Assembly (NCBI GenBank): GCA_052279835.1
Contig: CP181291.1
Coordinates: forward strand, 480,001 to 544,000
Origin: Microcoleus sp.
GTDB lineage: Bacteria > Cyanobacteriota > Cyanobacteriia > Cyanobacteriales > Microcoleaceae
Direction: 5' to 3'
Length of the DNA: 64,000 bases
Made by a program: the position numbers and the translations under genes. The notes under the pieces were generated by a model. It worked only from the letters and a program-made list of their open reading frames with translations. It ran no database searches and was not told the origin of the DNA. Shown here one piece after another: positions 19,387-31,478 of this stretch. Each line of letters opens with the position of its first letter. The first letter of the stretch is position 1.

Positions 19387-21474
19387 CTATTTTATTTCAA
19401 CTACTGCACTAGCATCATTGCCAAACACATCAACCAACCGCACCGCGATAGTCCGCTTCCCCGCTGGTATTTGTGGACTCTCCACCTCAGTAATCACAGT
19501 TGAAATTCGCTTGCCATTGCCTCGGATAGCCTGCTGCATAGACTTAAAAGTTTTGCCATCATATTCCCAATCAATTGCCCAATAATCAATTAAGGCTGCA
19601 AAATTATCTTTAATTACCTTGCGGAGTTCTGCTTGTTGTTTCTCTGGAATCGGAAAATTCATCAGCACATAGCGCTCAATCTTTAAACTGATAACTACTT
19701 TGCCATCTCCTGCATCTCGGACTTTTGGCTGGCTAATTCGCAGATAAGGTTTTTCATGGAACACAATCTTATCTCGCAGGCTCTGCAAATCATCTTCATT
19801 CTTGGCTTTCTTCAGATAGTTGTAAATTTCTGGCGGAATTGTCAGCGGTTTAATTTCAACTTTGAGGGGATTTTTTAGCGATTTATTTCTGCTTTCTAAT
19901 TCGGTGTTGAAGTTATAATCATAATCCCAAGCTAGAATCGCTAAAGTTTTGTAGCCGATGCCGTCGAGAATTTCCGCCTCTTGTGCTAGTTCAATTACTT
20001 TCTTGGCTGTGACGGGGCGATCGGGATAGCCGACATAAACCAGTTCCATGCTACCATCAGCAGTGCGAATACCTAGGTCAGGGCGATCGCTTCTTGGTGC
20101 AGCTTCATAGAGTTTGAGGATAATTCGCTGCATTTCTCCTATTTTGGAACCGGAGAGGTAAATCATGTGACGCTGATAGTTACCGATATTTTCTAATAGG
20201 AATGGCTTAGCCTGTTGATTCACCATCCGGTTACGGCTGACTTGAATCCCTACTTTGTCAAGATTGCAACCTATCCAACGACGATTAAGGCGTTCGGCTA
20301 CTGCCATTGTTGTGCCAGAACCACAGAATGCGTCAAATACTAAATCACCTTCATTTGAGGATGATTTAATAATCCGTTCTAGGAGAGATTCAGGTTTTTG
20401 AGTGGGGTAACTAAGATATTCATTAGCTTGAGAATTAATTACATAAATATCAGTCCATAAATTTTGAATTGGTTGTCCTTCATATTCATCTAAAAACGTT
20501 TTCCTCCTAATTCTTTGAGATTTGTCTGAGGGAAAATATAATTTACCTTCTTTGTCCCATTGTTCCATTATTTCTCGTGTTATGGCCCATCCTTTAGTCG
20601 GCGGTTGATACCCTTTATATTCATAAATAAGGTTGGGGCGATATGCTGGATTTGTTAAAGGATCGCGGCTGTAAAGTCTTCCATCCCCATCGTCATAAAC
20701 AAATCTTTGCTTTATGTATTCCTGTACTTCTTCAGAATCTTTTGTCTTAAGTGGGTTAAAAGTAAATTCCTCAGTTTTTTTATATAAAAATACCGTGTCA
20801 GTTGTAGCTCCATAGCTTCTAAAATTATTTAAAGCACCACCACGACGCTTCCAAATAATTTCATTAACAAAATTATCAATCCCAAACACTTCATCTAACA
20901 TAGCCTTTAAATAATGTGAAACGTGCCAATCACAGTGTAAATATATACTTGCTTTTTCGCTAAGTAGCCGTTTCATTAGCTGCAATCTTGGATAAATCAT
21001 ATCCAAAAAAGAATCCATCCCTCCTTCCCAAGTATCCGTATAAGCCAATCTTTCAATAATACTGGCTTCTTTTTCTAATTGTTGACCTTCAAGATTCAAC
21101 TGAAAAGTATAATCAGCACTACTCAAAAACGGTGGATCGATATAAATTAAATCAATTTTCCCGGCATATCCTTGCGCCAAAAGCGCCTGCATTGCCAACA
21201 AATTATCACCCCAAATCAGGCGATTTATCTGGGTTTTATCAATTTCATTACCTGCTAACGGTAACTCTCCCATTTGACCGGGAAACAGCGAAGTTAAACC
21301 AGCTTGAGGAACAGCAAACAGCGGTAAATCAAGACTTCCTTGAGCTTCTTTAGGATTAGGAATTACAATCTCCGCCGTTTGAAACTCAATATCCCTAGGA
21401 TTAGGCGCACGTTTTGGCTTACTATCCCATACCAATTTAGCCGAGTCTTTCTTGCGCCGTCTTTCGTCTGCCAT
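19387..21474 (-). CDS. mod: Type III R-M adenine methyltransferase (Mod, beta class)
   Basis: LIWGDNL, IYIDPPF, YPTQKPE.LL.RII, DAFCGSGTT. Confidence 0.9.
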   Translation of the reverse strand: MADERRRKKDSAKLVWDSKPKRAPNPRDIEFQTAEIVIPNPKEAQGSLDLPLFAVPQAGLTSLFPGQMGELPLAGNEIDKTQINRLIWGDNLLAMQALLAQGYAGKIDLIYIDPPFLSSADYTFQLNLEGQQLEKEASIIERLAYTDTWEGGMDSFLDMIYPRLQLMKRLLSEKASIYLHCDWHVSHYLKAMLDEVFGIDNFVNEIIWKRRGGALNNFRSYGATTDTVFLYKKTEEFTFNPLKTKDSEEVQEYIKQRFVYDDGDGRLYSRDPLTNPAYRPNLIYEYKGYQPPTKGWAITREIMEQWDKEGKLYFPSDKSQRIRRKTFLDEYEGQPIQNLWTDIYVINSQANEYLSYPTQKPESLLERIIKSSSNEGDLVFDAFCGSGTTMAVAERLNRRWIGCNLDKVGIQVSRNRMVNQQAKPFLLENIGNYQRHMIYLSGSKIGEMQRIILKLYEAAPRSDRPDLGIRTADGSMELVYVGYPDRPVTAKKVIELAQEAEILDGIGYKTLAILAWDYDYNFNTELESRNKSLKNPLKVEIKPLTIPPEIYNYLKKAKNEDDLQSLRDKIVFHEKPYLRISQPKVRDAGDGKVVISLKIERYVLMNFPIPEKQQAELRKVIKDNFAALIDYWAIDWEYDGKTFKSMQQAIRGNGKRISTVITEVESPQIPAGKRTIAVRLVDVFGNDASAVVEIK

Positions 21475-21478
21475 TGTC

Positions 21479-24350
21479 CTATACCTCAATACCTAAAGTT
21501 CCGTACAATTTCACTATTAGTTCATCTCGCTGCTGTCTCATAGTAGGCAGTAATTCCCTAAATGAAGCACCAGGATTAGCATCAAACACACTTTGTTTTA
21601 GCATAATATACTCCCATGCTTGGGATTGTTCATTAGGTTGTGTCACCGTTGATGCTGATTTACACCAAGATATCGCCGCCTGAGTTTTTATGGCAGTAAT
21701 AGGGTCATTAATTAAATAATCACCTTTAGCTTCTAGTAGAAAGATTTTATCAGCAGTCTTGACCACAAAATCAGGTTCATATTTACGCTGAATGCCTCTG
21801 TTATCTCGGTAAGGAATTGTTAAATCATGTTTGCGATCGAGTTTAGCAAAAGCTAAAACCTCTGTGTGGGAAGGAATCAGCAATTGATTGATAATATCTC
21901 GTTCAAAACCACCTTTATTATCGCCCTGTACTGCTTGATTAGGATAAATACAACGGGGGGTTGATACCATATTTTTTTCACGCATTAGCAACCTTGGCAC
22001 ATCAGAAAGCTTACGCCATCTTGCCCCTGGTTGGTATTGAATATCGCCGATAGTTTGCTGAATTGCAGCCCGGATTTTTCCAGTTACAAAATCCGTCACT
22101 TGTTGTCCGCTAATTCCTTGAAATACTTTATAATTATCTGGTTCTGTAAAATCTATTTCTTCTTTAAATAACCGACGACTAACATATTCATCAACTAACG
22201 CGGCTATTTCTGGACTTAAGCTGCTGAGGTGGCTAGTATTTTTTGACTGAGTTATAGCGCGAGAAACTTTTTGCAGGAAGTAGAAATAATCAAAATAATC
22301 ATTTTCTAGTTCCCAAGTTTTCGCCTTGGTATCAGTTTCGATGTGAACATCTGTAATAGTTGTCTTAGCAGCCATTTTTTTAAATTCAGCAAATTTGATA
22401 ATAATCGGATAATTAGGTATGGTATTAATATCAACTTCGGCTAAGTTAGGAATAGGTGTTTCATCAAAAATCTGTACTGGCCATGCAATGTCATATAAAG
22501 GAATGCGCGTAGAGTCTGCATCTACTGTTTCTAAATCCCCCGCTGCATTTTGCCCAGAACTGTTACCAGAGCCAACAGCATAACCCTGTTGTCTTAAATA
22601 AGTTTCGTAAAAACCTGTAAATTTGGGGTGTTCAACTAGGAACAAACAATCAAAAGCATTACTAGGAGATTCTCGATTAAAAAGTTGCTGTCTGGCTTCC
22701 TGTTTTAAGTCTTGGATTTGGTCATATTCTGGTTTATAACTAGGAAACATCAGTCGCAAACCGCGCCCGACAATTTGCTCTAGGAGTAAATCAGCTTCAG
22801 AAGCCCGTAGCATCACAATTACACAGATGTTAGTCCCTGTCAAAACCTTCGCGCACAGACAGCACGGAAACCACCACGCGCAGGGGCTTGCTATCTTTGT
22901 CAATTTCATCTAACTTAGCTTCGGCTGCTTTTTTGTCAGCATCTTTGAGATTGGAGTGATAGACAACTACGCGATCGCCATTATACTGATTACCTTGTTC
23001 ATCGTCAAAGGTGTTGAAGTGTTCGCCGACTAAATCAGCTACTTTGGTTTCTTCAGCCAAAACTAGCATAACAGGCTTGCGGTTAATACCTTGAGCTTTA
23101 AATTCTTCAGCCAACTGCTCAAGCTTAGATTTGCCAATTTCTAGCATAACTTTTTGACCGCGAGATAAGCCAAGAATTTCGCCTCGCTTTTTGCCTTCTG
23201 CGGGTTCTCTTTCTGCTTTAAAATCTAAAGATTCTAAATTTATGCCCTGACGCTGCTCTAAGAATAGCTGCTTTACCAGCATATCGGCGGAAGCTTGGGC
23301 TAAGTCGTAATCATAAACAATATGAGGGAAATATTCTTTCTTATCTCCACTTCCATAAAAAGGCGTAGCAGAAAAATCAATTTGTTGAAATACTCTGTCT
23401 GCATCCGCATGACGTTCGGTTTGTCGCTGGTGTAAAAACAACATAAATCTACGCCAAATTAATTCCTCATCTTTGCCGGTATTAATATTAGGGCGTTTAG
23501 TAGCATGGACGTGGTGAGCTTCATCATTGAGAACGCAAATATCAGGATACTCTGTCAGTAAATCAGCAATGATTTCACCTTTGGGGATTTCCTCACGCTC
23601 CCCTAACAAATCTTCCCATAAACTCGGTTCATCCTTGGCAAACCGAAACTGTTGCCAGTTTGTCACCATTAAAAATGGTCCATCGGTGAGGGTGAGGTTT
23701 TCTCGAAAATCATTAGGAGTGTATAATTCAAAGTTGAAGCGATCGCGCCACCTGTTACCCGATGGCATAAACAAAGGTCGCTCTAAATCTGGTGGTGTTC
23801 CATCTTTTTTGCCATTGATTGACTCAATAATTCTCTTTTGAACTTCATTCCCCGGAGTGACAATCAAAAATCGGTTAGTAAAACCTAATGGCGAAGCACG
23901 CTTTTTTCCATCTATATCTCTTAATTTCTCCCCATTAATAGCATTAAAATAATGCCATACTATGATAGCGTTGAGTACCCAAGTCTTACCGCTTCCTGTG
24001 GCCATTTTCAAGCAAAACTTAGGAAAGGCGATCGGGTTAAGTTCATCTTGTAAAAACTTTGAACGAGCTATTTCAGAAATTGGATGATTTCCGGGCGCAA
24101 ACTCTTGATAAAGCTGAGATGGTGTTTGAATTCCTAAAATTTCATGGCAATAAATAATAGTTTCAATAGCTTTCTGCTGACAGAGGTGAAATGATGCACC
24201 TTCTCTCTCTTCTTCAAACCAATAGCTCAATAGTTGTGCTGTTGTTTGGGTAACACCAGACCAGCCTGTATTGCGCCACCCTTCGACATCTCCTTGCAGG
24301 ATACTTGGAATTAACATCCCGATCGCTTGAGGTTTTTTTCCAGACAGCAT
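21479..24350 (-). CDS. res: Type III R-M restriction subunit (Res, SF2 helicase plus PD-(D/E)xK nuclease), split by +1 G at ~22836
   Basis: MATGSGKT, NDEAHH, FSATP, REGFD, EQIVGRGLRL, YEPDFVV...LLEAKG. Confidence 0.88.
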
Positions 24351-24553
24351 AGTTTTTCTGGCTATAATCGGATTTACTGCAACAGGATTACTTTGAGGTA
24401 ACAGTTTTTAGCTGTTGGCGATCGATCGCTTTTGACAATCATAATTGTCTCTGTTTTCCTGCATTACTGGATGAAGATGTAACAAGTCGTAACAATTCAG
24501 TAACAGGGCGATATAAGTTATTAAAATTTAAATTGAGAGCGGGAAGGTATTTT

Positions 24554-24991
24554 ATGGATACAGTTAAACGCCAACGCTTAGAAGCAGCAGGATGGACTAT
24601 CGGGACAGCAGAAGAATTTCTCGGACTTTCACCAGAAAAAACAGCTAAATTACTTACAACAAATACGAGCGTCAACGATAAACTTAAGAACATCCTAACG
24701 CAACTTCGATCGCACTTCGAGCAAATCTACAACACCCGCCTTGTCACAATGGTACTTTACGGTTCCCAAGCGCGAGGTGACGCACGCCCAGACTCTGACA
24801 TTGATGTGTTAGTCGTCCTCAAAGGACAAGTCAATCCCGGCGAAGAAATTAAAAGAACCAGTCACATTCGAGCCGATTTGTCACTCCAAAATGATGAAGT
24901 GATTAGCTGTCTGTTTATGGACGAACAGCGATTTACGCACTACAACGGGCCTTTATTGAGGAACATTCGTAAAGAGGGAATAGCTTTATGA
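24554..24991 (+). CDS. MNT (nucleotidyltransferase) antitoxin with an N-terminal fragment resembling an HTH antitoxin
   Basis: YGSQARGD...SDIDVLVV motif; N-terminus MDTVKRQRLEAAGWTIGTAEEFLGLSPE. Confidence 0.75.
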   Translation: MDTVKRQRLEAAGWTIGTAEEFLGLSPEKTAKLLTTNTSVNDKLKNILTQLRSHFEQIYNTRLVTMVLYGSQARGDARPDSDIDVLVVLKGQVNPGEEIKRTSHIRADLSLQNDEVISCLFMDEQRFTHYNGPLLRNIRKEGIAL

Positions 24992-25188
24992 AACCCGAAC
25001 AATTAGAATACCTCAGATACCCGAATTATTGAAAAAATCGGGTATCTAAAAATAGTCCTGGACGCGCGGGGCCAGAAACCGGGTTTTTTACGAAAATCTT
25101 TCCTTCTAACCCGCAGATCAGGTAAAAAACCCGGTTTCTTTGGGCGCAGTGCATAAGTCCTGTCAAACAAGAACTCCGCCCCTACAGA

Positions 25189-26629
25189 TTAATGACCGCC
25201 AGCCGCCCCAGCCGCCCGTTTAAATGCCTCATCCAACACTTCCGAAAGCGTCGGGTGAGTGTGCACTCGGAATGCTAAAGTATTCACAGAATCCCGTTGC
25301 GCGATCGCATTTGCCGCCTCTTGAATCAAATCGGAAGCGTGCAAACCGAAGATGTGAACTCCCAACAATTCCCCCGTATCTTTCCGGTAAATCACCTTAG
25401 CAGTACCGTCGGTTTCACCTTCAGCAATCGCCTTAGAATTTCCCTTAAAATAAGTCTTGACAGAAGCTACCTCAAACCCTTCGGTTTTTCCTAACTCCTT
25501 CGCCGCAGGTTCCGTCATCCCCACATAGCTAATTTCCGGGTGAGTAAAGGCGGCTGCTGGGATGCTCAAATAGTCCACTTCCCGATCGCGCCCGCAGATA
25601 TTTTCCACCGCAGCAATGCCCTGAGCAGACGCAGAGTGAGCTAACATCATCTTGCCATTCACATCGCCGATCGCCCACAAATGCTTGACCGGTTCTCCCC
25701 CAGCCAAAACCTGCATCTTATCGTTAACGGGGATATAACCGCGCATCGTTTCCACGCCGGCAGTTTCTAAGCCCAAATTCTTACTGACAGGAACTCGGCC
25801 CGTCGCTACCAAACAAGCATCAACTTCCAAAACTTCGACAATTTCCTTAGTTTTGAAATCAGCTAATTCGATAATTACCGGCGAACCAGGAGTAATCTTC
25901 TTCGCCAAAACACCGACTTTTGTTTCAATATCGCGGGGTGTAATTAATACCCGTTCTGCTAACTTAGCAATATCTGGGTCGAAAGTTGGCATTAATTGAT
26001 CTAAGGCCTCAATCATCGTGACTTCACAGCCCAATGCAGTGTAAATATCCGAAAACTCCAAACCGATATAGCCGCTACCAATAATCGCAATCCACTTCGG
26101 TAGCGATTCCAATCTGACAGCATCATCGCTAGTAAATACAGTTTTGCCATCAATTTCTATCCCTGGGGGAACAAAAGGAACCGAACCGGGAGCGAGGATA
26201 ATATCCTTGGCGGTAATCGTTTTTTCGCCTTTATCGGTTTCGATGGTGATTTTTTGAGAACCGGCAATTTTTCCCCAGCCTTGGATGGTATCGACATTCA
26301 AACGCTTGAGGCTGTTGGTCAAGTCGCCACGCAGTTTGCTGACAATGGTGTTAGCATGATTGGCGATCGCCCCTCGATCGAAATCCACACTCCCCAACTG
26401 AATTCCCAAAGTCTTCAAATGGTGAGCATTGCGCAAATCCCGCACCCGCCCCGCAGCCGCCAACAGCGCCTTAGAGGGAATACAGCCGCGGTTGACACAA
26501 GTTCCGCCCATGTCGCCCGCTTCGATAATTGCCACTTTCAGCCCGCAGCTAACGGCGTGGATGGCCGCGCCGTGTCCCGCCGACGCCGGCGCCGATAATT
26601 GCTAAATCGTAATCAAATCCCTGAGTCAC
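25189..26629 (-). CDS. lpdA: Dihydrolipoyl dehydrogenase, split by +1 G at ~26577
   Basis: [42 protein letters not shown]. Confidence 0.93.
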
Positions 26630-27151
26630 CTGATTCTCCTAGTGTTATTTCTATCTGAGGACTTAAGCAAAAATACAGTATTTTCGTGATTTAAAGGTGC
26701 TACATTGCGATCGCAATCCTGTAATAGCAGTGATCTTTGCATCAGTCCCGATCCTTATTTTCGACTAGACTAGGGTTAATTAGACAAATTTCCCCAGTAA
26801 CTGAGATTTTTAGTCCTGGACGCCTAAATACCAAAGCACCCTCGCGTGGTGGAAGTGTTCACCAGCGTTAAAGGGTAAAATGCAGTATTTGCGTAAAAAA
26901 AACCGGTTTCTGCATCTGGGACTAATTTTTCACAGTTGATTGTTTTAAGTTGGGTATGTATAAATTGTCAAGTAAGCGGGGCTGAAGCTAAATAGGGTTT
27001 GAGAGTCGGGTTGTCCGGTAGGACTTCTGCATTCGGTCATTCCTTTGTTGGCTTCCCTTGTTGATTTTAATCGCGTTTTTGGGTCTAATTTTTGTAAGGC
27101 TTGGCATCTCGCAGAGTTTGTTTGCAATTTTACGGTCTTATGGAGTAGTTT

Positions 27152-27418
27152 ATGATGGAAGACGATGACCAGAAAGATTCACGTCGGGCCTCGGCTCAAT
27201 CATTTTTTGAGTCTCTTGATGAATTGTTCGATTATATAGAAGCCAGCAGCAGTCCAGCCGCAGAACCTCAGTCTCCGGCTGTCGCTCCCAAGTCTTCTAG
27301 TGAGCCCAAGCAGCCTAAACCTGCGAAAATTAATTTGTCTGATTTTGAAGATGCGATCGCGGATTTAGAACAGTTTATCCAGAACAAGCGGCGATCGCGG
27401 CCGGAATCTAAGCAATAG
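27152..27418 (+). CDS. Hypothetical protein
   Basis: 88-aa ORF with a GGAG RBS; convergent with wzc. Confidence 0.6.
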   Translation: MMEDDDQKDSRRASAQSFFESLDELFDYIEASSSPAAEPQSPAVAPKSSSEPKQPKPAKINLSDFEDAIADLEQFIQNKRRSRPESKQ

Positions 27419-27451
27419 CAGAATTTCCGAACCGCCGCGAAGATGGCTATA

Positions 27452-29743
27452 CTATCTAGTTGCTTTCTTTTTGAGCTTTGACTGCTGCTGGGGTAATCGG
27501 CTCGATCGCACTTCTATGGCTCTATGGTCGATCGCACCCAAAGGCATTTCCACTTCCTCAATATCGTGGCGGAATTTCACCGCAATGTCAGCACCATTAA
27601 TAATCGCCCCCAACAAGCGCGGGGATTTACTCGACTCCTCGTCATCAGATTCGAGCAACTGATCCGCAGCTTCCGACAACATACTCGATAGAGTATAACC
27701 AGGCCGCGCCACCAAAATCATACCGTCAGTGTAAGGTTCCAGGGTGAGGGCGTCATTGCACTCGCTCAAAGCCGGAGAGTCCACCACCACAAAATCGAAG
27801 CGATTGCGAACATCCTGGAACAATCTGCGCATTTCGCTGGATTCGAGTACCCCGGCCGCCTGATGCAAAAAGCCCGGACTCGGTATGACGTATAGGTTTT
27901 CGACATTGGGTACTAAACGGACACACTCGCTGATATTGCCGTAATAGTGTAAAGGTTCTACGGCCGCCAGAGGATCGATCGCGATTTGCAGACATTCAAT
28001 GTGAGAAGCCTCGCGCAAATCTGCTTCAATTAACAAAGTCCGTTTGCCCGATCGAGCTGAAGCAATAGCCAAATTGTAAGCGCTAAAGGTTTTTCCCTCC
28101 TCGGCCGCCGCCGAAGTTAGCAACACCACCTTCACCGGTTTGTTACCAATCCGGCGTAAATTACTGCGCAACCGCTCGTAAAATTCTAAATAGGGCGAAT
28201 TGGCATCCAGGGCGATCGGCATCTCCAAGCCGTAGGAATCAAGGATAGACACTTCCGGTAACACACCCAGTATTGCCACTTCCTTTTCCGCCAAAGCAGC
28301 CCGTACCTCTTCCCAACTATAAAACTTGCCGTTGAGCATCCCCAGCAAAAATATCAACCCGCCGCCCAACAGCAATCCCACAAAGCCTCCCACCGCCAGC
28401 ATCACCGGCAAACCTCTCTTGGTGGACTCAACATCATCAGTTTTTGGCAATTGGGCAATTGTCAAACTACCTGTAGTCTCGGCTACCGCCGCTTCAGCAT
28501 CTACCAAAGCCGACTGCATTTTATCGTAGAGAGCTTTTTTGAACCCTACTTGCTGGGCTAAACGGGCTTGTTCTAATTGTTTATTAGGAATTGTGGCGTG
28601 TTGTCGGCGCAATTCTTGTTCTGTTTTCTCCACTCCCTTGATTTGCTGTTGCACAACTTCTTTTTGTGTTTGCAAAGCAATCAAATTTTGAGCTAACTGT
28701 TGTCTGGCGGGATCTAAGGCAGAATCTACTCGAATTCGATCGGCACTTTGGAGTGGAGCACTGACACCCTTACCGCCTAGCACCTCCGATTGTCGCTGCT
28801 GCAACTGTTGGTCAAAAGCTTGTTTTTGTTTGACCAATTCTACAATTTTCGGGTGTTCTTCCTGCAAGTCGCTGCGGAGAATTTTGAGCTGAGATTCGAG
28901 GGAAAAAATTTGCACTCGCAGTTGGCCAATAATCGGATCGGCAGAGAGTGCTTGAGAGACGTAAGCTTGATCCACATTTAATCCCAAGCGATTTTGCAAG
29001 CTGTTGATTTGAGCTTCAATTGCTCCCAACTGCACTCGCAGTTGTCGTTGCTGCTGTTCGCTATTGGTGATTGCTTGGGGCAAAGTACCGCTCTGAGCTG
29101 CTAAAATAGAGGTTTGTTCTCGTTTTTCATAGGCTTCGAGTTTTTCCTCTGTCTCTCTGAGTTCTTGAGTGACTTTTGGCAAACGCTTGTTAATTTGGAC
29201 TATGGTTTCTCGCAGTCGGGAAGTATTAATGGTTTGGCTGCGATCTACCATTTCTTTCATCAATGTCTCTGCTACTAATTCGGCTTTTTTGCGATCGGCA
29301 TTTTTGTATAAAACTTGAATCAAAGCGCTGGGGTCATTATTCTTAGTCGGCATCTTTACCTGCACGTTTTTTGCCAGCTTTTCAGTCAACTCTTCTAGTT
29401 GTTTTGCCGCTTCTTCCTTCTTTATTTTTGCTCCTGATTGTTTATTAGATTTGTTTTCGGCTGCTTGGATGAGTTTTTCCGCTGCTCCTTCAAGCACTTT
29501 TTTATCCAGCAACATATCTTTAGTTATTTCTTGTCCTTCCTGTTGAATTTTAGTAGTAGTCGCTGAAAAAATCACCGTTGGGCGGCGGTAGGCGAGCATA
29601 CCCGATGCTACGTAAATCGGCCGCGGAGTTGGCTGCACGGCCACTACTCCCGACACGCCCACAGTCACAGCTAAAGTAGCCAATCCCACCCATTTGTATT
29701 GGTCGAAAGCTATTAAATAACGTTTAACAACTGATAAAGTCAT
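27452..29743 (-). CDS. wzc: Wzc/GumC polysaccharide co-polymerase with tyrosine-kinase-like domain
   Basis: Two TM segments around a coiled coil; TS...EGKT, LLIEADLR, VVVDSP. Confidence 0.85.
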   Translation of the reverse strand: MTLSVVKRYLIAFDQYKWVGLATLAVTVGVSGVVAVQPTPRPIYVASGMLAYRRPTVIFSATTTKIQQEGQEITKDMLLDKKVLEGAAEKLIQAAENKSNKQSGAKIKKEEAAKQLEELTEKLAKNVQVKMPTKNNDPSALIQVLYKNADRKKAELVAETLMKEMVDRSQTINTSRLRETIVQINKRLPKVTQELRETEEKLEAYEKREQTSILAAQSGTLPQAITNSEQQQRQLRVQLGAIEAQINSLQNRLGLNVDQAYVSQALSADPIIGQLRVQIFSLESQLKILRSDLQEEHPKIVELVKQKQAFDQQLQQRQSEVLGGKGVSAPLQSADRIRVDSALDPARQQLAQNLIALQTQKEVVQQQIKGVEKTEQELRRQHATIPNKQLEQARLAQQVGFKKALYDKMQSALVDAEAAVAETTGSLTIAQLPKTDDVESTKRGLPVMLAVGGFVGLLLGGGLIFLLGMLNGKFYSWEEVRAALAEKEVAILGVLPEVSILDSYGLEMPIALDANSPYLEFYERLRSNLRRIGNKPVKVVLLTSAAAEEGKTFSAYNLAIASARSGKRTLLIEADLREASHIECLQIAIDPLAAVEPLHYYGNISECVRLVPNVENLYVIPSPGFLHQAAGVLESSEMRRLFQDVRNRFDFVVVDSPALSECNDALTLEPYTDGMILVARPGYTLSSMLSEAADQLLESDDEESSKSPRLLGAIINGADIAVKFRHDIEEVEMPLGAIDHRAIEVRSSRLPQQQSKLKKKATR

Positions 29744-29804
29744 AGTGATTATTGACTACTGTGGAATATTGGTTATTTGTTATTGGTTATTTGTTATTGG
29801 TTAA

Positions 29805-31335
29805 CTAATTCCCATTATTCGTAGGTACGAACAAATTTTTTACCCCATTTCTCAATTGTTCAAAAAACAAAATAAAGCCCAAAATATCGCGAAATGGTCG
29901 AGTAAAACTATTGATAGCAAAACCAACTCGCTCTACCAGATTCCTACCAATCACAATCACATCATTATCTTGCAACATTGGATTCTGAGAAAGATTTCCC
30001 TCCAAAGCAGCTTTAGCATCTATCTTGCGGTTGACAGCTCGACCTTGCTTTTGGTCAAACCGAATCAAGGCAATGTTCCGCATATCCGCAAGATTTACAG
30101 GCAAGTTATTGAGAGCATCCAAAAAGGTACTACCATTTTCTATGTAGAAAGAGGTCAAACCACCACTAGCGTAACTCAAAACTCGAACATAGATACGGGG
30201 TTTGATTAAGGTAGAGCGCGAAACCAAAGTCTGGTCGTAGTCCAGATTTTTCCGAGTAGCATCCAGTTCGGGAATAATAATCGCATCTCCAGAAGCTAGG
30301 GGGAAATCAAACAAGTCCCTAGCCCTTGCTAGGGGAGTGTAGAGGTCGATGGGTTCTTCTACAGATGTGCCGTTGGTCAGTGTCCGTCGCACTCGTACCG
30401 CCCGCAAATCAGCTTTTGTGGTAACTCCCCCCGCAGCCACCAAAGCGGCAGAAATTCGCCCACCACCGGCTGGAAGCGTGTAAAAACCTGGTTTGCTGAC
30501 TTCTCCGGTGACAGTGACTTGGACAGGGGTACTGGCTGCTGCGAGGCTGTACCTGGATGCTAAATCTTGATCGGATTTGCGATCGGGCGTAGTCTGTTGA
30601 TAAGGTATGACGATCGCATCTCCATCCTCTAAACGCAAATCTGGGGGAGAAACACCAGTTTGCAACGGTGTCAAAATGTCAACTATTTGCTCGGCAATAG
30701 CGCCGGAGGGCAGTGTCCGCCGCACCCGCACCGCCCGCAGTTGGGCCGTCGGAGTCGTACCGCTGGCTGCCGCTAGGGCTGCGGGAATTTGGGGGGTTTG
30801 CAGGGGATAAAAACCGGGGTCTGGCAACTTCTCCTGTGACTGTCACGACTACAGGGCGCTGAACTAGCAGGGATGCGAAGACTTGGGGATTTTTCAGAAA
30901 TTGGGCTAAACGTTCGCGCAGGCGCTGCTGTGTTTCTTCCACAGTCAGGCCGCGCACATTTACAGTTCCTATCAGTGGCATGATAATTATGCCTTCGGGG
31001 CTGATAGCACCTGTAAAATTGAGTTCTGGGAAGCGTTGAACTTGAATTGCAATCTGGTCTCCTGGGCCTAGTCGGTAGGGTCGATTGCGGAATGCTGGGT
31101 TGATGTCGGCGTTAGGTCTTGCTGGTGGCGGTGTGGGTACTGGTAGTGGCGGGCGATCGAGCAATTCGGAACTAGGAATCACAGGTTGTGCTAAAGTCTG
31201 TTGAGGAAAAACTTTGGCATTGAAACCCCAAAATATAGTTGTAAAACATAGAGTCCAAGCAGTTGAATAAAGACCTGTCAGGGAAAAAGCGACATAATTT
31301 TTATTCATTTTAAAATGTCTATAATTCATGCTCAA
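29805..31335 (-). CDS. wza: Wza polysaccharide export protein with SLBB domains, split by +1 C at ~30817
   Basis: YRLGPGDQI.I.V...PEL, VTVTGEV..PGFY repeats, NPMLQDNDVIVI. Confidence 0.85.
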
Positions 31336-31478
31336 TTAAATTATTTTTGATAAATTGTATTTTCCCCTGAACCATTCCCTTCTCCATCCCAAATCCCCCC
31401 TTGGGGGGGCAGGAGGGGTTGTCCCATCCCCCATCCCCCCTTGGGGGGGCAGGGGGGGGTGGAGGTTGCCCGATTTTT

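Noticed and set aside
25189..26629. lpdA and the other split genes as true pseudogenes or programmed frameshifts
   Set aside because: A uniform +1 homopolymer pattern with otherwise intact frames points to sequencing error
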